Positions 59,192 to 59,632 of a DNA stretch of 59,632 nt are shown one piece after another. The notes below the pieces were generated by a model, which was given only the letters and a program-made list of their open reading frames with translations, was not told the DNA's origin and did not search any database. The stretch's first letter is position 1; each line of letters begins with the position of its first letter. This stretch comes from Aplysia californica (Eukaryota), in the NCBI RefSeq assembly GCF_000002075.1, contig NW_004797445.1, forward strand, positions 686,784 through 746,415. Reading direction: 5' to 3'. Made by a program: the position numbers and the translations under genes.

Positions 59192-59632
59192 CCTTGTTCC
59201 TAATCTGGCTGCTTTGTAATGTGTTGCGTAAACAAACACCTACTTTTTGGCTTTCATTATCTGCATTAGTTAGGGATATTTATAACTTTGATAAAATTTT
59301 GAGATGATAAAGTGCTTTTCAGTTACGATAAAATTTATGCTATTTGAAAGAGTTAAAAAGTCGAAAAAGACACGATATAATTAGATCTATGTCTTGTTCA
59401 ACGACAGCAAAAGGAACTTTGACGGAACGGAGATCCATTACCAAGGGGGATTATCGTGCTTATAACAAGAAAAATGGAATGGTAATTTATTAATTCCCTT
59501 TCAAATCCAAATGGCAACTGTGAAAGTGATGGGGGCATAATAAGGAACACAACACATAGAGAATCTAACATTGTTGAAAAGATTTTTGATCCAAACTGTT
59601 TCTTTTAAAATTGGCTTCTTTTTTTTTTTTTT

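Overview
Eukaryotic, intron-rich, AT-rich animal genomic DNA with four assembly gaps. It is probably a gastropod mollusc, inferred from the SINE types and (TAGATC)n repeats. Three protein-coding genes can be assembled by hand with GT-AG boundaries and consistent phases: (1) the first three coding exons of DRC7/CCDC135 on the minus strand, running off the left edge; (2) a complete 16-exon WDR1/AIP1 on the plus strand (CDS 5949-24639, 1800 nt, 599 aa); (3) a complete 16-exon CLINT1/epsinR on the minus strand (CDS 59015-32757, 2157 nt, 718 aa). DRC7 and WDR1 are head-to-head; WDR1 and CLINT1 are tail-to-tail. Introns hold tRNA-derived SINEs and several non-autonomous TIR elements. The best second-look items are a U12-type intron in WDR1, three perfect CArG boxes in the WDR1 promoter, a 2.6-kb TAG...CTA TIR element carrying a decayed unknown ORF, a three-level nested insertion between the two 3' ends, a sense-orientation bias of intronic SINEs, and candidate CLINT1 microexons. 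I found no prokaryote-type system (CRISPR, operon) and no clearly new multi-gene system.
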